Shown here: positions 62,040 through 64,000 of the stretch, in pieces
Layout of the letters: every line of letters starts with the position of its first letter
How positions within the stretch are numbered: the stretch's first letter is position 1
NCBI RefSeq assembly: GCF_036321535.1
Contig: NC_087438.1
Location: 7,566,001 to 7,630,000, forward strand
Direction of reading: 5' to 3'
DNA length: 64,000 nt
Source of the DNA: Camelus dromedarius
Taxonomy: Eukaryota
The notes under the pieces: model-generated
Database searches by the model: none
The model's input: the letters and a program-made list of their open reading frames with translations, nothing else
Told to the model about the DNA's origin: nothing
Position numbers and translations under genes: made by a program

Positions 62040-62430
62040 ATCTGTCAGGAGAGGCTTAGTTAGCTGCTGTGACAAACATCCCCCCCACCACCACCAGAAT
62101 AGTGAAATCACAAAGGCTGATTCCTCACTCATGCTCCATGTCCATTGTGGGTTTATAGGGAGGTTCGGCTCAACATAGTCATTCAGGGACCTGCAACATA
62201 GTGTTGCTGCTCTGGAAAATTTCCATTTACTGTGAGTGAGAGAAAAAAGCACTCAGGAGGATCTTGAACTGGCAGTCACATGCTCCTGCCCAGACGTGAC
62301 ACTTGTCACTTCTGTTCAGAACCTATTGATCAGAGGCAGTCACCTGGCCTACTCACGTGCTTGTGGGAACCAGGAACCACACCCTACTGTGTTCCCAGAA
62401 GCACCAATGACCAGTTATGACCACGCCAGA
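62040..62430 (-). mobile_element. MLT1I/J-like LTR
   Basis: gctgctgtgacaaacatcccc...agtcattcagggacc...gtgacacttgtcacttctg. Confidence 0.75.
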
Positions 62431-62439
62431 GCCCCTATT

Positions 62440-62615
62440 CAGGTAGGGAGTAGGGTGAGGCAGTGAGATGGAGTCATCAAAATTATAATATTTTATTCAT
62501 CATGAATTATTTTTTCACATTTGTTTTTATTTTTGAAAAGATTGCATTAAGAAATTAGTTATCTTGATGACTGAGTTTTTTTGGAGCACTCCATGAAATT
62601 TTATAGCAAGTCTCA
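62440..62615. mobile_element. hAT MITE (MER53-like)
   Basis: agggtgaggcagtgag...tatcttgatgactgagtttttttgg. Confidence 0.6.
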
Positions 62616-62660
62616 TCCTTGATATAAATAGAGGATAAAACATATCAGAATTTTATTTCC

Positions 62661-63176
62661 TTTTTTTTTTTTCTTTATCCAGTCACCTATTCATTGACAT
62701 TTAGGCTGTGGTATATTTATACAATGGAATGCTATTCAGCCATAAAAACTGACAACATAACGCCATTTGCAGCAACATGGATGCTCCTGGAGAATGTCAT
62801 TCTAAGTGAAGTAAGCCAGAAAGAGAAAGAAAAATACCATATGAGATCGCTCATATGTGGAATCTAAACAAAAAACCAAGCATAAATACAAAACAGTTTA
62901 ACAGACTCATAGACATAAAATACAAACTTGTGGTTGCCAAGGGGGCAGGGACAGACTGGAATTTCAAAAGGTAGAATAGAGAAACAAGATTATACTGTAT
63001 AGCACAGGGAAATACATGCAAGATCTTACAGTAGAAAAAAAAATGTGACAATGAATATACATCTGTTCATGTACAACTGAAAAATTGTGCTCTGCAGTGG
63101 AATTTGACACAACATTGTAAACTGACTATAACTCAATAAAAAAAAGTTAAAAAATAAAATAAAGTAAAATAAAATA
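62661..63176 (+). mobile_element. Young camelid L1 3' end with short 5' inversion
   Basis: Well-preserved L1 3' sequence with AATAAA and A-rich tail; TSD agaatttt(a/g)tttcc at 62647-62660 and 63177-63190. Confidence 0.92.
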
Positions 63177-64000
63177 AGAATTTTGTTTCCACATTAAAGC
63201 CCTAGAGAAAAGCAAGATTTGTCCCTAAATTAAAATGTTTGCAATATTTAGAGGTAAGGGTATAGTTAACATCTACATAAATATTGGCAGAGAAAGAAAA
63301 CAGCGAGAAACACACTCTTAGGCTGCAGAGAAAACGCAAAGGTCAGTTGGAGACGGAGGTACCCAAGGTCCAGGCTCTTTGTCCTCACCGTGTAGAAAAT
63401 CGTTTTCTGTTCGGCTTCCCCAGTGGCCTTCCAAGTACATTATGAAGACAGTTAAATCCCGCATCCCAGGACCTCAAGGTTTTCAGTGACTGGGCTAAGG
63501 TTAATCATTGTGAATTGAATGAAACAGCTTATTCAGGTAAAATCGATTGAAATCTTAATGAGCGAAAATGGAAATTTTGGCCACCAGTCTTCACTTTCTT
63601 TCCTGAGGAACGCTGTTGTGTAAGATTTTTTTGAAATACTACAGGAAGCCCGTGGAAGTTTCTATAAGACGTTAAAGAAGCTGATTTTGGTAAAGTCCCA
63701 GGAAGGATATTTTCCATTTATGGAGCTGTGAACATATAGCAATTTTACTTACTTTGATACTTCTTGTGATTTTTCTTTTAACCGATGTCTTCTAAATTTT
63801 GTGTCTACGTGGATTTCACATGGATGTGAATCTATAAAATTGACCCGGATTCTCTCTCAGCAGTAGAATTGATCTCCTTTTCCCTCTGTGCCTTGTAAAA
63901 TACATCTGTGAACTTTCTGATGAAATTGAAAAGAGAACTTCTTCAAAGACCTGAACTATTTGCTAAATGTGTTTCCACTTTGAACATCAGTAGAATGAAC

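Overview
Mammalian genomic DNA, most likely camelid (alpaca/llama/camel): seven copies of a tRNA-derived SINE of the Vic-1 type and cetartiodactyl-type L1 3' ends are present. I cannot recognise any protein-coding gene. The ORF track is explained by chance ORFs, repeat-derived ORFs and dead L1 ORF2 fragments, so the window looks intergenic or deep-intronic. Roughly half is interspersed repeat: L2, MIR, old and younger L1, MaLR/ERVL/ERV1 solo LTRs, hAT and TcMar MITEs, and microsatellites. Family names come from my recall of consensus sequences, not from a search. The most notable sequence-level observations are: (1) a TSD-flanked 'tailless' retrocopy of exactly the 5' exon of tRNA-Arg(UCU); (2) a TSD-flanked chimeric retroinsertion joining an opposite-sense L1 piece to an apparently non-L1 polyadenylated 3' end; (3) a 28-bp-stem, pre-miRNA-sized hairpin inside an old L1; (4) two overlapping opposite-strand CTCF-like motifs forming a palindrome; (5) several twin-priming (5'-inverted) L1 insertions and one complex L1 mosaic; (6) a small CpG-rich candidate promoter/exon near 10.6-11.0 kb and a few candidate enhancers. 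I found no convincing new multi-gene system.
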